From Camelus ferus (Eukaryota): a stretch of DNA of 64,000 nucleotides. Both the position numbers and the translations under genes were made by a program. The notes under the pieces are model-generated. The model searched no databases. It was not told where the DNA came from and saw nothing but the letters and a program-made list of their open reading frames with translations. This document shows, in pieces, positions 62,906 through 64,000 of this stretch (the stretch's first letter is position 1; each line of letters opens with the position of its first letter). The DNA lies in the NCBI RefSeq assembly GCF_009834535.1, contig NC_045704.1, forward strand, positions 13,020,001 through 13,084,000, written 5' to 3'.

Positions 62906-63589
62906 GAATAGAAGAACTGGAATATTGTGGGGTCATGGGTTGGGAAGGCCAGAGAAATCCCCTGAGGACACCATTCATTCATTCAATAAACATTTTTGAG
63001 TGCATACTGTGTGCCAGGCTTTGTGGTGGATAGTGGGAACCTGGAAAAGAAAATATGTTTCTAGGTGCAGGCTTTTCTAGCCTAGGATGGAGACAGATGC
63101 CCTATTAGGCAGGGTGGGCTGACTGTTAGGAGAAATTACCCCCAACTCTCAGGGACTGAAAACCATATAAGTTTCTCACTCATTAACATTTCAATGTGGG
63201 TGTTAGTGGGAACCTTCCACATAGTGATTTGGGAAATCCAGGCTTCCATTTTATGGCTCAGCCATTTTCTAGGTCTTCAGAAGATGGTGCTGGATGCTCT
63301 GCATCTGGCTGGCAGATGGTAGAAGGGAGAGAGTCAAGAATTGTTCAGGTTTTATGAGTCTGGTTTGGAAGCAGAAACTATTGGGTCTGCTCACATCCCA
63401 TTAGACAGAACTTAGTCATGTGGTCATACCTAACTGCAAAGGAGCCTGGGAAATGTAGTTTAGCTGTGTGAAAAGGAACTAGGGTTTCTGAGCACAGCAG
63501 TCTCTGCCACAGCCACATAAACCCCAATTGCTGTATATTGTGGTCCGGGTAAAACCTAAGTCAGAGTAGGTTAAAACCCTCCAATCTCA

Positions 63590-64000
63590 CTTGGAACAAA
63601 AATTCAAGTCTGTTCAGTTGCCTATAAGGCTCTGCACGATCTGACCCTCGTTTCTGTTCTGCTCTTACCCACTGCCCTGTCACCGTTGTTTACTCGGCTC
63701 TGGCCACCCTGGCCTCCGTGCGCTTTCTCATACATGCCAGGCCCGCTCCTGGTTCAGGGCCTTTGCATCTGTTGTCCCTGTCTCTTGATGCGCTTTCCCA
63801 AGATATCCCTATTTTCTCCCTCTGTTCATTCAGGCCTTTGCTTATCTTCTTAGATTGGCTTTCCCAAACCACCTTATGGAAAAATGCCAGCTGCTATACT
63901 CTTGACTCCCTTACTATGCTTTCTTAGGATTTTTTTTTCTCTCTCTCTTTTTAAAAAAATTTTATTTTGAGGATTTTTTTTTTTCATAGCGTGTATCTCT
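63590..64000 (+). mobile_element. L2 LINE fragment
   Basis: cctataaggctctgcacgatctgaccc...cagggcctttgcatctgttgtcc. Confidence 0.6.

Overview
Mammalian genomic DNA, very probably a camelid (three copies of a tRNA-Ala-derived, Vic-1-like SINE), syntenic with human 19q13.33. Seven protein-coding genes were reconstructed by hand from GT-AG splice sites and recalled orthologue sequences: PIH1D1 (+, 3' exons only, with an apparent +1 frameshift), SLC17A7/VGLUT1 (+, 12 exons, 560 aa), GFY (-, 517 aa), PTH2/TIP39 (+, 101 aa), KASH5/CCDC155 (-, 19 coding exons, 568 aa), DKKL1 (-, 234 aa) and TEAD2 (+, 5' part, runs off the window). Introns hold MIR, L2, L1, MLT1, MER DNA transposons, SINEs, MSR1-like minisatellite clusters and several other degenerate minisatellites. 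There are two N gaps. There is no CRISPR array, rRNA or genuine tRNA gene, and I see no clear wholly new multi-gene system. The best leads are: a possibly disabled 75-nt VGLUT1v photoreceptor splice extension, a Pro39Arg change at the end of mature TIP39, the PIH1D1 frameshift, an orphan CpG promoter-like island with a strong-Kozak 37-codon ORF, a CTCF plus paired ZNF143/THAP11 motif island, and inverted minisatellites around TEAD2 exons 2-4 that could form a stop-free circRNA. Orthologue comparisons are from memory, not database searches. Repeat family names and boundaries are by eye and approximate.
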